A DNA stretch of 64,000 nucleotides from an uncultured bacterium (GTDB lineage Bacteria; Acidobacteriota; HRBIN11; JAKEFK01). A program made the position numbers and the translations under genes. Positions 27,257 through 37,639 of this stretch are shown here, piece by piece (within the stretch, counting starts at the first letter, position 1; each line of letters starts with the position of its first letter). The stretch lies in NCBI GenBank assembly GCA_963777505.1, contig CAVZQN010000007.1:32001-96000 (forward strand). The letters run 5' to 3'. A model generated the notes under the pieces. That model was given only the letters and a program-made list of their open reading frames with translations, was not told the DNA's origin and did not search any database.

Positions 27257-30177
27257 GCGGCGAATTCCAGGCTCATTTTCGTGCCTGCCTGTTTTAACTT
27301 CGCCGCCTGATCGCTACCAATCCTGATTTCAGCTGGATCTAAGTATCGTCTTTTCAGCTCACTCCAAAATGCGATGGTCAAATTTAGTCCTTCAAAATCT
27401 TTTGCAGCAGTGACAGCCGCAGCAAGACATAAGGCTTTCGAATCCCTTCCCATTCCAGCCAGTGACATCGCAACACCTTCAATCTCAAAAGCGATTTCGA
27501 CACGGTCTCCGTATTTCATTGCAGCTCGTAAACTTTCTACATAATTCATTGCAGCTTTGTTCACATCACCACGGATCAATGCACAGTCCGCCAAGTAGTG
27601 AAGCGCACTATGAATGTCGCGAGGCTCATCATATTTACGCGCAATTTCCAGAGCCTTTACGGATAATGGTTCAGCTTTATCCACTTCCCATTCACTCACA
27701 AGAACCTGACAAATATTTAAAGTCGCCCGATTCATTAACTTTTCGTTTCCGAGTTTACGAAATTGTTCAAGGCTTTCTTCAAAAGCTTTGTATGCGCCAG
27801 CATTATCTCCAACAAACCATAGACTCCATCCATAAGGTTCTAGTGCTAGAGCAACCTCCATCGTATTTCCAAGCTTTCGCCAAATTTCAATACTCTTCTC
27901 AGCTAATTGACGGCCTTCGCTGTGATCAGCCTGCATAGAGGCAAACATTGAAGCTCCCCAAAGTGCGCGGGCCATTTCAGCAGACTCATCAAAGTTTTGT
28001 TTTAGTACACTTTGAAGTTTTTGCCTCCCTTCGGAAATGTGACCATGCAAAAACCAGAACCACACAACGGCACCGATCAGTCTAAGTTCGCCTTCAGGAC
28101 TATTTTTCGATGCCCACAAAATTGCAGAGCGCAAATTATCATGGTCGCGCTCCAGTCTTTCAAGCCAGAAAGTCGAAGATGCGTTACGCTCGTCGTAGGC
28201 ACGATCCGCCATGTTCGCATAATGATCAAAGTGGCGCCTTTGCAATTCCGTGGCATCACTACTTTCTGCGAGTTTTTCCACAGCATACTGCCGAAGCGGC
28301 TCAAGCATTCGATACCGCATCGAATCTTTTTCGCTGCGTTCAGAAACAACAAGCGACTTATCAACGAGTCTTCCCAGTGAATCAAGAATGTCATCCTGAT
28401 TCAATTCACCATATCCGCAGACGTTTTCCACGGCTTCAAGATCAAAACCGGAAAAGCAGGAGAGTCTACGGAATAAAATTCGCTCCGATTCCGGCAGCAG
28501 ATCATAACTCCAATCAACCGCGGCCCGTAAAGTTTGATGACGTTGTAAAGAAGCGCGTGAACTGGATGTTAGCAGTCTAAAACAGTCATCCAACCGTTTA
28601 TGAATTTCAACAACCGACATTGCTTTAATTCGCGCAGCGGCTAGTTCGATTGCTAGTGGAATTCCATCAAGTCTGCGGCAAATCTTAACAACAAAATCTA
28701 GATTGGTTTCGGTTAAAGTGAATCGAGGATCGATTGACTTTGCTCGATCTATGAATAATTGAATTGCATCAAACTGTTTCACGGTTTCAATTGTAAAAAC
28801 ATCGCTTTGCGATGGAAGCGACAGAGGTGGAACAAACCAGACTTGTTCTCCCGCCAGATTAAGTGATTCGCGGCTAGCGGCAAGGACCTTGATGTTTGGA
28901 GCTTTTTGAAGAATCACGCTGATGGCCGCAGCGGTTTCATCAAGCACATGTTCACAATTGTCCATGATTAGCAAAGCATTCTTGTGTCGAAGATAATCCA
29001 CGACAACATCCAGCAAGGGACTATCCTTTTCCTCTTTTAAATTCAGAGCGGTTGCGATACTTTGCAGAACAAGATCATCCGAAGAAATAGGTGCAAGATT
29101 AATAAACCAAACACCATCCGAAAAATTGCGAAGGCTTTTTCCTGCGGCTTCAATTGCAAGACGTGTCTTACCCGACCCTCCAGTTCCACAAACTGTCAGT
29201 AAACGAGAAGACGATAATATCTTTCGTATCTCAGTAAGTTCCTGACTTCGGCCAATGAAATGAGTAATAAAATCCGGAAGATTGTTCCGAGGACCATCGT
29301 GGATTTGCGAACGCGCACTTTCTGATGTTCCGGAACCGGCTGAAAGTTCTTTGAGGTGGTCATATATGTCACGCACGGTTTGATAGCGATCATTCGGATG
29401 TTTCATCAAGCAAAGCTTGATCATCTGATCAAGTTGTTCAGGTATATCGGCTTTGAGATTAGTAATAGGCTCAGGCGTATCTCTCAGTATGGATGAAATA
29501 ATCTCAGCAGTTGAATCTCCTTGAAAAGGTTTTCCACCGGTGATCATTTCAAAGAAAATAATTCCCAGAGAAAAAATATCGGAACGAGAATCCAACTTTT
29601 TTCCTTGAAGCTGCTCTGGAGACATGTAATGGAGAGTTCCGATAACCGTGCCTTCTTTTGTTTCTGCTACTGTTTCGAGATTTGAAGCGCCTGAATCGGA
29701 ATCCTGTATTAAGAGTTTTGCCAGGCCAAAGTCTAAAACCTTCACTCTGCCTTCTTTGCTTACCATTATGTTGGCTGGCTTAAGATCACGATGAATGATT
29801 CCTTTTTCATGCGCTGCGCATAAGGCATCTGCAATTGGGGTTGCGATTCGAAGAAATGCCTCCACATCAAAACCATCTTTAGGAATTATGCTTGCGAGAG
29901 TATTCCCTTCCACAAGCTCCATTGTTAAGAAGTGAATTGATCCGGACTCTTCAACCGAAAAAATCGTCACAATATTCGGGTGATTGAGTGCAGCAACCGA
30001 TTGAGCTTCAGTCTTAAATCGAGTAGCTCGTGCTGGGTCTGCGGAAACGTCTTCAGGTAGTACCTTAATCGCTATCTTGCGCTTCAGTCGCGTATCTTCA
30101 GCTGCATACACTTCGCCCATGCCCCCTTTTCCGAGACGGGCAATAACTTTGTAATGATTGATCATGGTCCCGATCAT
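27196..30177 (-). CDS. Ser/Thr protein kinase fused to STAND/NB-ARC-type ATPase and TPR region
   Basis: GKGGMG, HRDLKPAN, DFGLAK; GTGGSGKT, MDNCEH, LDGIPLAIELAAAR, RHQTLRAAVDWSY; no TM helix. Confidence 0.93.
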   Translation of the reverse strand: MIGTMINHYKVIARLGKGGMGEVYAAEDTRLKRKIAIKVLPEDVSADPARATRFKTEAQSVAALNHPNIVTIFSVEESGSIHFLTMELVEGNTLASIIPKDGFDVEAFLRIATPIADALCAAHEKGIIHRDLKPANIMVSKEGRVKVLDFGLAKLLIQDSDSGASNLETVAETKEGTVIGTLHYMSPEQLQGKKLDSRSDIFSLGIIFFEMITGGKPFQGDSTAEIISSILRDTPEPITNLKADIPEQLDQMIKLCLMKHPNDRYQTVRDIYDHLKELSAGSGTSESARSQIHDGPRNNLPDFITHFIGRSQELTEIRKILSSSRLLTVCGTGGSGKTRLAIEAAGKSLRNFSDGVWFINLAPISSDDLVLQSIATALNLKEEKDSPLLDVVVDYLRHKNALLIMDNCEHVLDETAAAISVILQKAPNIKVLAASRESLNLAGEQVWFVPPLSLPSQSDVFTIETVKQFDAIQLFIDRAKSIDPRFTLTETNLDFVVKICRRLDGIPLAIELAAARIKAMSVVEIHKRLDDCFRLLTSSSRASLQRHQTLRAAVDWSYDLLPESERILFRRLSCFSGFDLEAVENVCGYGELNQDDILDSLGRLVDKSLVVSERSEKDSMRYRMLEPLRQYAVEKLAESSDATELQRRHFDHYANMADRAYDERNASSTFWLERLERDHDNLRSAILWASKNSPEGELRLIGAVVWFWFLHGHISEGRQKLQSVLKQNFDESAEMARALWGASMFASMQADHSEGRQLAEKSIEIWRKLGNTMEVALALEPYGWSLWFVGDNAGAYKAFEESLEQFRKLGNEKLMNRATLNICQVLVSEWEVDKAEPLSVKALEIARKYDEPRDIHSALHYLADCALIRGDVNKAAMNYVESLRAAMKYGDRVEIAFEIEGVAMSLAGMGRDSKALCLAAAVTAAKDFEGLNLTIAFWSELKRRYLDPAEIRIGSDQAAKLKQAGTKMSLEFAAQYALDMDRGRGDPCGRPFG

Positions 30178-30217
30178 GATCAATTATTGTAAACGAAACC
30201 CTGAGAATTGAACTATT

Positions 30218-30292
30218 ACCACGGAGTCACGGAGAACACGGAGTTAGATCAGTAATGTATAAAGAACTCCGTGCCCTCTGTGACTCCGTGGT
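30218..30292. repeat. Inverted array of 9-bp CACGGAG units
   Basis: ACCACGGAGTCACGGAGAACACGGAGTT ... AACTCCGTGCCCTCTGTGACTCCGTGGT. Confidence 0.75.
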
Positions 30293-30308
30293 GAAAAATA
30301 ACTTTCGA

Positions 30309-30815
30309 TTACTTCCCAATCCTTTTATAAATGCCATCAAATTCAACGTTCCAGGTTTTCCCTTCATCCGATGATTGTTTCCAGATCTGGCGAATTGTGC
30401 CATCTGATGATGGGGTAAACGACATGCTTCCAAGAACATTTTTACCTTCTGTAGTTTTGTAACGTGCGGTGTATTGCAGGGTTTTACCCTCAAAGGTTCC
30501 TTCAAATTCAAGTAACTGACCACGGATATCAACCCACTTTTGAACCCATTTCTTCCTGTTCCGGTCATACAGATTGAAGCTTTTACCTTCGAATCCATCA
30601 ACACCAGTCCAGTTTTCAAGGATCACACAGCTTTTTAATATTTGTTGCACCGAACTCTTACCTGCCGGTCTTCCATCGCTATAAGAAACTGTCCATTCAC
30701 CGACCCAAAAATCGAGCTGACGATATTCAGCAGCTGTGCAGTCCGGCTCCGCTGCGAATCCAAATGATGTTAAACAAAACAATACGATGCAATGTGCTAC
30801 TAAAACTTTCATCAT
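30309..30815 (-). CDS. Exported DUF1579-like beta-barrel protein
   Basis: Signal peptide; C..EYRQLDFWVGEW, GKSFNLYD..W.Q.WVD, S.DEGKTW. Confidence 0.75.
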   Translation of the reverse strand: MMKVLVAHCIVLFCLTSFGFAAEPDCTAAEYRQLDFWVGEWTVSYSDGRPAGKSSVQQILKSCVILENWTGVDGFEGKSFNLYDRNRKKWVQKWVDIRGQLLEFEGTFEGKTLQYTARYKTTEGKNVLGSMSFTPSSDGTIRQIWKQSSDEGKTWNVEFDGIYKRIGK

Positions 30816-31010
30816 GTTAGTCAACCTCACTGTTTTGAGTATGAATGAAGTCACTGCTCAGACGCATGAATTTGGAATATGCGGGGAAAATTAAGCTACA
30901 AAAGGCGCTTCAAAATGTCAGACTTCTTAAACTTCTGATGTTTGCTCTCTAAATTGCATGTTGTTATATTGTCTCGAAGAATACGTAAACATTGCTGATA
31001 AGGAGAGTTC

Positions 31011-32249
31011 ATGAGTGAGGATATTCTTGAAAAATCGGAACTAGCAGAGAGCGACGCAATTGCTTCGTTAGGAAACGAGATTTCTTTGATGGGACCGTAT
31101 GAAGCGTCAGAGCGGCTAGAAAATGAACCGGATGAAATCATTGTAGAAGTACTTCAAACAATGAACCCATCTCTGGGGATGGATATTCTGGATGATTTAC
31201 CTCCCCAGAAAAGGCGGACCGTAATTGCAGCTGCTTCTCCTGAAGTTGGACAACAATGGTCACGAAATCAGCAATATGAAGAAGACACAATTGGGCGACT
31301 TATGGAGCCACCTGTTGCAGTGTTCAGACCAGAAACTACTGTAAAACAAACGATCGATCGCCTTCGCGTTCTAGTTCAAACAGCAACGGTTACCTATGGT
31401 TATGTGACAGACAATGCTGCCAGACTCCTGGGTGTGATCGTAATGCGTGATCTTTTGTTTGCAGAGGACTCAGCTTTGCTGCAGAACATCATGATTAAGG
31501 ATCCATTTTATTTGGATCCAAAAATGGAACTCCATGATGCAATGAGACTTGTCTTGAATCGTCATTATCCTGTTTATCCGGTATGCGAAGAAGGAGGCCG
31601 GCTCGTTGGAATTGTGCGTGGACAGATGATGTTTGAAGAACAAGCATTTGAAATCAGCGCACAACCTGGAAGCATGGTTGGTGTTGAAAAAGAAGAACGA
31701 CTTTCCACACCATGGCCGCGCAGTTTGAAATTTCGTCATCCCTGGCTTCAATTGAATTTACTTACAGCCTTTTTTGCGGGTGGAGTCGTTAGTCTCTTTC
31801 AAACAACAATCGATCAACTCGTTATTCTTGCTGTATTCCTTCCAATTCTTGCTGGACAATCCGGAAACACAGGTTGTCAGGCACTTGCTGTCGCTTTGCG
31901 TGGACTAACGCTGGGTGACTTAAAACCAGGTCAAGAAAAGAAATTAGTTCTAAAGGAAGGGCTGCTTGGTCTTCTAAATGGTGCACTTGTTGGAGTCTCT
32001 GCATCGATCGGAATGTATATTCTGGCAAGGACGCAAAATCATCCAGCTGCCTTTCTGCTATCGATCGTTGTTTTTTGCGCAATGGTAGCTGCATGCGTCA
32101 TCAGCGGAATTTCTGGAGCTCTTGTGCCTCTAACTTTAAAGAAATTTGGTGCTGATCCTGCAACTGCTTCGAGTATCTTTTTGACGACTGCTACAGACGT
32201 AGTCAGTATGGGAATGTTGCTTGGGCTCGCATCTTGGATAATTTTATAG
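31011..32249 (+). CDS. mgtE: Magnesium transporter MgtE
   Basis: CBS pair, RHPWL, GNTGCQ, DPATAS..TTATDV. Confidence 0.93.
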   Translation: MSEDILEKSELAESDAIASLGNEISLMGPYEASERLENEPDEIIVEVLQTMNPSLGMDILDDLPPQKRRTVIAAASPEVGQQWSRNQQYEEDTIGRLMEPPVAVFRPETTVKQTIDRLRVLVQTATVTYGYVTDNAARLLGVIVMRDLLFAEDSALLQNIMIKDPFYLDPKMELHDAMRLVLNRHYPVYPVCEEGGRLVGIVRGQMMFEEQAFEISAQPGSMVGVEKEERLSTPWPRSLKFRHPWLQLNLLTAFFAGGVVSLFQTTIDQLVILAVFLPILAGQSGNTGCQALAVALRGLTLGDLKPGQEKKLVLKEGLLGLLNGALVGVSASIGMYILARTQNHPAAFLLSIVVFCAMVAACVISGISGALVPLTLKKFGADPATASSIFLTTATDVVSMGMLLGLASWIIL

Positions 32250-32264
32250 ACGAACGAATCTGAC

Positions 32265-32663
32265 CTAAGGAACAACAAATAAATGTGTCAAAATGCCCCG
32301 ACCTCTTGGTTTGTCCCGGCCCTTAGGATCCTTTTGAATAAACCCTACATCTTTAAGTATGGAACCCACTGGAACTTCTGAACAATTCATCAACATTTCA
32401 CGCGCGTCGAAACATTGAGTCTTCAAGTCAAAATATCCGACAAATTCAAAAACGTCGAACGTCCCTTCCGGTTCATATCTGAAGTGAATTTTTCCTAACA
32501 GCTGACCTCGTTCCGTAAAACATTTGTTCCGTCTCGGCGAATTAAAGGTGACTACATTCAATACATCTACTTTCCCAAAAGATCTTCCAAGTAGAAAATC
32601 GCAGTCAGCACCCGCAAAACCAACAGAAACAACTACTCCCACTAAGCAAAAGACCTTTTTCAT
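32265..32663 (-). CDS. Hypothetical exported protein
   Basis: Signal-peptide-like N-terminus; fills the gap between genes. Confidence 0.5.
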   Translation of the reverse strand: MKKVFCLVGVVVSVGFAGADCDFLLGRSFGKVDVLNVVTFNSPRRNKCFTERGQLLGKIHFRYEPEGTFDVFEFVGYFDLKTQCFDAREMLMNCSEVPVGSILKDVGFIQKDPKGRDKPRGRGILTHLFVVP

Positions 32664-32858
32664 GGGTTTTTCTCAACAATATAAGTTCGTGCATTTTGAC
32701 TCTAAACGCTAGCTTAATGGTTGCGGAATTTGTAGTTAATTGACCCGAATCCCTGTAGTAATACTTGAAAACTACGCCTCATCACTTAAATTGACTTTGG
32801 GGACTTGATCCAAGGGTGTGAAAGTATTTAGAAAAATTTAAGAACTGAGGAGGTTCTA

Positions 32859-33308
32859 ATGAAACGAGTGCTGATGATTTTTGCAGGAGCTTTACTAGTT
32901 TGTGGGCTTGCATTCGCGCAAACCGAACAACAACCAGTACCACCAGCCATAACAGATCCAGGTGTTGCTGGAGCACCGGCAGCCACAACGTTGCAAGGTA
33001 CCGGAACAATCACTAAGATTGATCCAGAGTCGAGAACAATCACATTGAGTGATTTCACGACCACAACGGCTCCTGAGAGCGCAAATACAGAACCAATGCC
33101 TGAAGGCACTGAACAATCAGCCACCAAAGGCGAAACAAAATCATTAAAATATAATGAGAGAACTAACTTTGCATCAGCTAATCCTGAATCAGTTGATGGA
33201 AGGATGAGTGATCTAAAAGTTGGTGACGTTGTTTCGATTCAATTCAATGACAGCGGCTTGATTGTTCGTATTGAAGAAGTTGCGGCGCTACAGTCGTCAC
33301 AACAATAA
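32859..33308 (+). CDS. Exported OB-fold-like (DUF5666-like) protein
   Basis: GGAGG RBS, signal peptide, GTITKIDPESRTITL...SDLKVGDVV. Confidence 0.75.
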   Translation: MKRVLMIFAGALLVCGLAFAQTEQQPVPPAITDPGVAGAPAATTLQGTGTITKIDPESRTITLSDFTTTTAPESANTEPMPEGTEQSATKGETKSLKYNERTNFASANPESVDGRMSDLKVGDVVSIQFNDSGLIVRIEEVAALQSSQQ

Positions 33309-33330
33309 CAAATAATTTGGCTTCGTAAAT

Positions 33331-33370
33331 GCAGCCTTTTCTGCCCGAATTAAGGGCAGAAAAAGGCTGC
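33331..33370. terminator. Long hairpin, probable terminator
   Basis: GCAGCCTTTTCTGCCC-GAATTAA-GGGCAGAAAAAGGCTGC. Confidence 0.65.
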
Positions 33371-33398
33371 TAGTTGAAACCAAGAGAGGAACTGAGAG

Positions 33399-33575
33399 AT
33401 GAACAGGGACCTAAAAATATTAGAATTCAACGATGAAACGACAGTTGATTCATCACATCCTGAGGAAACGAGACAGGAAATGAACGATCTTAAAGAAGGA
33501 GATCGTGTCACAATTTATTACGACGATCAGAATGTTATTTATCGCGTAGAAGTAGAACCTGACGACGAAAGCTGA
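33399..33575 (+). CDS. Small protein (58 aa) paralogous to the C-terminal half of 32859..33308; not in ORF track
   Basis: MNRDLKILEFNDETTVDSSHPEETRQEMNDLKEGDRVTIYYDDQNVIYRVEVEPDDES*, GAGG RBS. Confidence 0.65.
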   Translation: MNRDLKILEFNDETTVDSSHPEETRQEMNDLKEGDRVTIYYDDQNVIYRVEVEPDDES

Positions 33576-33589
33576 TCGCACAATCAGAA

Positions 33590-33613
33590 GGCGGCCACAA
33601 GGGCCGCCCCTAC
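33590..33613 (-). repeat. GTAGGGGCG-type REP-like element
   Basis: GGCGGCCACAAGGGCCGCCCCTAC. Confidence 0.8.
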
Positions 33614-33623
33614 AGTTTATGAA

Positions 33624-34640
33624 TTACTTACTATCATGTTTTGAGAGCCATCGAGCTGTCTCGTCAACTGCTGTATCATGATCCGCATTTTTGAAATGGA
33701 TACGCTCTGCATTTAGTTTTTTGCACATCGCATCAAAGCTTTCATCGCGGCTGACAACATCGTCTTTGCCACCGGTAAAGACTCGCACTTTGACATTTTT
33801 TCCAAAGGTAATGTTGTTTAAATCCGTTTGAAATTTTGAAGAAGTACCCATATCCATACCGGGCACGTCACCTGGAATCATCTTACCGACCAATGGACCG
33901 ATTACAGGCGGCTTTAATCCCTGAACAGTATCGACCCAACCGAGCCCGTTGATTGGGCTTGCGACAAGATTCAATTCCACCTTATGACCTTTTAATGCTC
34001 CCTTTTGTTCAAGAATATCCAGTGCCTTAAGCGCTATGCGGCCACCCATTGAATGTGCATCCACCCGTAAGGGGCGTCCCGGATTTGCCTTCAGTTGTTT
34101 CTCAAGGCTGTTCGCAAGATCTTGTGAACTCTTTGTGAGGCGTGCGTTTTGATCATCATACAGAAATGTTTTTACCTTATCTCCAGCTTTTTCAGCACGA
34201 TCTGATAAGGGCTTCACACCTTCTGGACTATTGTTAATTCCATGAACTGTAACTGTCATGGGACGGTCCGCGCGTTCATGCGAATATGGTCCGATTGTGT
34301 AATTCACCAAACGTCCACCTTTTTTTGTGTTCGCACGTTCAGCATCTTCGTTAAATCGTGGATCAGAGAGCGGCTTGTCGTTCACTTTGTGTTCATCAGC
34401 ATCATTAAACCAATTTGAATAATCCTGCTGAACTTCAGCCTGGCGAAGCGACCCTTCCAGTTTTTTCTCTTCTTTTCTTTCACTGGCATGCTGCTTGGAC
34501 GCTTTTGCTGATTTCGGACTTTCCGAAGTGTCTGTCTCTCCCTTTTTGCGTGGCACAGGTGCGTTGTAAAAAGGGTTCACATCCTGCGTTTGCGACTGCG
34601 AAGCCGCCTGAGCATTATTTTGACTAGCAACTTTATTCAT
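33624..34640 (-). CDS. Alpha/beta-hydrolase (lipase/esterase-like) with disordered signal-peptide-less N-terminus
   Basis: VHGI oxyanion motif, AHSMGG nucleophile, GKDDVV, ADHD; about 110 aa Q/S/K/E-rich N-terminus. Confidence 0.85.
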   Translation of the reverse strand: MNKVASQNNAQAASQSQTQDVNPFYNAPVPRKKGETDTSESPKSAKASKQHASERKEEKKLEGSLRQAEVQQDYSNWFNDADEHKVNDKPLSDPRFNEDAERANTKKGGRLVNYTIGPYSHERADRPMTVTVHGINNSPEGVKPLSDRAEKAGDKVKTFLYDDQNARLTKSSQDLANSLEKQLKANPGRPLRVDAHSMGGRIALKALDILEQKGALKGHKVELNLVASPINGLGWVDTVQGLKPPVIGPLVGKMIPGDVPGMDMGTSSKFQTDLNNITFGKNVKVRVFTGGKDDVVSRDESFDAMCKKLNAERIHFKNADHDTAVDETARWLSKHDSK

Positions 34641-34706
34641 CGTAGGTCTCCTTAATCTGACCGCTCTTCACTAAAGAAGATGAAATTCAGAACATATTCG
34701 TCAGGT

Positions 34707-34732
34707 TATCGCACGGACGGCGGATAAATACC
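34707..34732 (-). promoter_or_regulatory. Copy 1 of shared bipartite promoter-like motif
   Basis: GGTATTT-N11-GTGCGATA, 66 nt upstream of the ATG at 34640. Confidence 0.5.
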
Positions 34733-34786
34733 CACCTGAATAGGTAGTAATGATTTGAGAGAGGCGGGTTTACGCCCTGTGTAGGC

Positions 34787-35941
34787 TTAGCTCGCCGATG
34801 CCGAGGCAGACTTCATGAGCTGCAAATACAATTCTTCCTGCTGGCGAACCATTTGTCTGATATCGAAATCATGTTGTACCTGGCGCGAAAGATCAGGATC
34901 TACTTCCCAACCTTCTTTCAATGCACGCAAAATCTTTTCCGCAAAATCTTCAGCATTTCGTGGCTCTGCCAGAATTCCATTGCGGCCTTCGAAAATGATT
35001 TCACGATTTCCATCAATATTGCTTGCAACAACTGGAACCCCAGCTATAGTTGCTTCTGGAATGACACGTGGCAGTCCTTCCCATAGTGAAGTGAGGACCA
35101 CAAGATCGAGGTTTGCTAGAATTTCGGGGACGTTTCGTGCCCAGCCGGCATGTTGAAAGTTTTGAGGGTTTCGCATTTTCGATACACGCCGCGCCACAGC
35201 ATCCGCCAATTCACCATCACCAAATAAAAAGAACCGCACGTTTGAATTTTTTCGGCTAACAAGATCAGCAACATCCACAAATGTTAACGGATCCTTCTGT
35301 GACTTTAAGCATGCAATCATCCCAACGGCTTTCCCGTTTCGCGAAAGGCCAAGCTGCTCTCGAAATGCATCACTGCGTTTGGCTTCCAACAACGGCTCAA
35401 TCTCAACACCGCTTCGTATTAGAGATACGCCACAATTTTGAATCAGATCTAGTTCTTCTGCCCACCTAAGATTGTCATTCGATACAAATATCAAATGATT
35501 ACTTCTTCGACAGGCCTCTCGTTCTAAGGCAACATATAGCTTAAAAACTCCAGGATTTTGATATCGATGAAATCCGAATCCATGATATGTATGGATGATC
35601 ACCGGAACATCCTGCGCAGCGGCGGCCAATCTTCCAAGTACTCCAGCTTTAGAACTGTGCGTATGTACGATATCAGGCTTGATCTCCAGCAATAGTTTTC
35701 GAAGCAAGTTGTATGCGTGAAAATCTGCGATTGGACGGATCGCGCGGCTCAAGTCTCCGCAAAAATGCACAGTCACATCCTTCATTTGGACAGCTTCATC
35801 GTCCAGTAAACCTCCAGGCCCTGAAATCAAATGGACGTCAAATAAAGAACGATTGAGATGGGAAACCGTGTAGAGTGTATTCCCTTGTGCGCCCCCCAAT
35901 TCCAATTTTGTAATTACATGAGCGATACGTATTCGCGGCAT
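34787..35941 (-). CDS. Glycosyltransferase family 4
   Basis: ITKLELGGAQ, HTHSSKAG, EGLPRVIPEA. Confidence 0.93.
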   Translation of the reverse strand: MPRIRIAHVITKLELGGAQGNTLYTVSHLNRSLFDVHLISGPGGLLDDEAVQMKDVTVHFCGDLSRAIRPIADFHAYNLLRKLLLEIKPDIVHTHSSKAGVLGRLAAAAQDVPVIIHTYHGFGFHRYQNPGVFKLYVALEREACRRSNHLIFVSNDNLRWAEELDLIQNCGVSLIRSGVEIEPLLEAKRSDAFREQLGLSRNGKAVGMIACLKSQKDPLTFVDVADLVSRKNSNVRFFLFGDGELADAVARRVSKMRNPQNFQHAGWARNVPEILANLDLVVLTSLWEGLPRVIPEATIAGVPVVASNIDGNREIIFEGRNGILAEPRNAEDFAEKILRALKEGWEVDPDLSRQVQHDFDIRQMVRQQEELYLQLMKSASASAS

Positions 35942-35973
35942 TATTAAAAATTCTAGCACGTATATGCGATCTG

Positions 35974-36027
35974 GTAGGCGCGGTCTTGTGCCCGCCCGTT
36001 TATGGGCAACCACAAGGTCGCCCCTAC
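35974..36027. repeat. GTAGG-type REP-like doublet
   Basis: GTAGGCGCGGTCTTGTGCCCGCCC ... GGGCAACCACAAGGTCGCCCCTAC. Confidence 0.75.
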
Positions 36028-36071
36028 AACGTATAAAGACATATAATTAAGGCAATATCTTGGAGGATTTC

Positions 36072-36257
36072 ATGTCAAAAGTATTACGTTGTGCCGATGT
36101 TGGAATGAATTGCTCATTTGAAGTGCGCGGCGAAACTGAAGCAGAAATTTTGCAAAAAGCAGCACCTCACGCAAAAGAAGCTCATCAATTGGAGACTATT
36201 CCACCGGAAGTGCTTCAAAAAATTCGTGAAGCAATCCGTGACGAAAATCCTGTATAA
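36072..36257 (+). CDS. DUF1059 small metal-binding protein
   Basis: LRCADVGMNCSF..HAKEAH. Confidence 0.9.
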   Translation: MSKVLRCADVGMNCSFEVRGETEAEILQKAAPHAKEAHQLETIPPEVLQKIREAIRDENPV

Positions 36258-36265
36258 GACTGATC

Positions 36266-36832
36266 TTGTGGTACCGATTCTTCTTGCCATTCATTCTTGC
36301 AGCGGGTTTTGTAATTTCAGATCAAGGAAGTAGCCTGATCGGAACACAGGCACCTGAGTGGAAAAACCAGACCTGGATTAATTCAAAGCCACTTCAGCTT
36401 TCTGAGCTGAAAGGAAGGGTTGTCTTAATCCGTTTCTTTACTGGAACTACTTGTCCCTTTTGCAGTGCTACTGCGCCTGCATTGAACGAATTTCACTCCA
36501 GGTATTCAGAGCGCGGCCTCACTGTTGTGGGCATGTTTACACCAAAACCTGCTCCAGAAGAAGTTCCACTGGATACGATTCGCAGCTTAGTCGCTACATA
36601 CAATTTCCAGTTCCCGATTGCAGTAGACAATGATTGGATGACACTGAAAACATTCTGGCTCGATCGTGTTTCCGACGCAGAATTCACATCGGTCAGTTTC
36701 CTTATTGATAAAGAAGGACTGATCCGGTATGTGCATCCTGGCGGCGAGTACAGTGCGAACAGCGCGGCCTCTGAGTCGCGCAAAGCATACCAGCACATCA
36801 AATTACAGATTGAAAAACTACTAGCAGAATAG
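36266..36832 (+). CDS. TlpA/redoxin-family thiol-disulfide oxidoreductase
   Basis: WINSKPL..LKGRVVL, CPFC, FLIDKEGLIRY. Confidence 0.9.
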   Translation: MWYRFFLPFILAAGFVISDQGSSLIGTQAPEWKNQTWINSKPLQLSELKGRVVLIRFFTGTTCPFCSATAPALNEFHSRYSERGLTVVGMFTPKPAPEEVPLDTIRSLVATYNFQFPIAVDNDWMTLKTFWLDRVSDAEFTSVSFLIDKEGLIRYVHPGGEYSANSAASESRKAYQHIKLQIEKLLAE

Positions 36833-36835
36833 GGA

Positions 36836-37525
36836 TTACTTCTTCCAACGCTTAGCAGAAAGACCTGGCCATTTTACAGGCGCGTGTATATTCACTTTTT
36901 GATGATGCGACCATGTAGGTTTGCAATGAGGAATAAAGTGACGTGCAGGAATAAAAGAAATTGTTGAATAGAAAGGATAGTATCCGCTGTAGTCAGAAAT
37001 TCCAATTGATGACGGCTGATACCTTTGTGCGTCCTGTTCTTGCGAAGCCCATGCAGGACCTTGCGATCTAGCCTCAACATAAATTGGTTGTGGTGGTTGT
37101 TGTGGATAAATCACTTGCGGCTGTGATTCAGGATCTCGTTTGGGTGGCGGCGGAGGACCCATTCGTCTTCCCTCTTCATCCAAATTTGTCAGCACAACAA
37201 TCTTATTTCCTGCCCTATCGATACCCTCATAGGTTCTAAGGCTATCGTCGATCATTCTAGATTCGCCTTCCTGCGGAGGTAAAAACTCTTTATCTTGAAA
37301 GGACTGCTTCCAAAGATAATCAATCACGCGTTCCGAAAGACCTCGTTCTTTTAGATAAATCACATCTTTCGCATTGATAGGACGATTCATGCCTTCTTTA
37401 TCGATAATCTGGAACACTAATTCGTCGGCTGTACCGAGTTCAGCCAGGCGGCCGAGATCGTCTACCGAAATGCACATACCTGCAACCGGTACCAGGATGA
37501 AGAAAACGCTGGCAAGAAGCTTCAT
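36836..37525 (-). CDS. Hypothetical exported protein, Pro/Gln-rich C-terminal half
   Basis: Signal peptide; DVIYLKERGLSERVI helical motif. Confidence 0.7.
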   Translation of the reverse strand: MKLLASVFFILVPVAGMCISVDDLGRLAELGTADELVFQIIDKEGMNRPINAKDVIYLKERGLSERVIDYLWKQSFQDKEFLPPQEGESRMIDDSLRTYEGIDRAGNKIVVLTNLDEEGRRMGPPPPPKRDPESQPQVIYPQQPPQPIYVEARSQGPAWASQEQDAQRYQPSSIGISDYSGYYPFYSTISFIPARHFIPHCKPTWSHHQKVNIHAPVKWPGLSAKRWKK

Positions 37526-37639
37526 AACTAAAAGTATACATCTTCTTGTCACAAACTGACCTGAATTCGTGTAGGACACTTGAAAAGGAAACTTCTTCTC
37601 TTAACTTGAATCATGAGACATACATGTGGAGGGACAACA

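Noticed and set aside
35942-36013. N-terminal extension of the GT4 ORF
   Set aside because: It is translated REP sequence; the real start is the ATG at 35941
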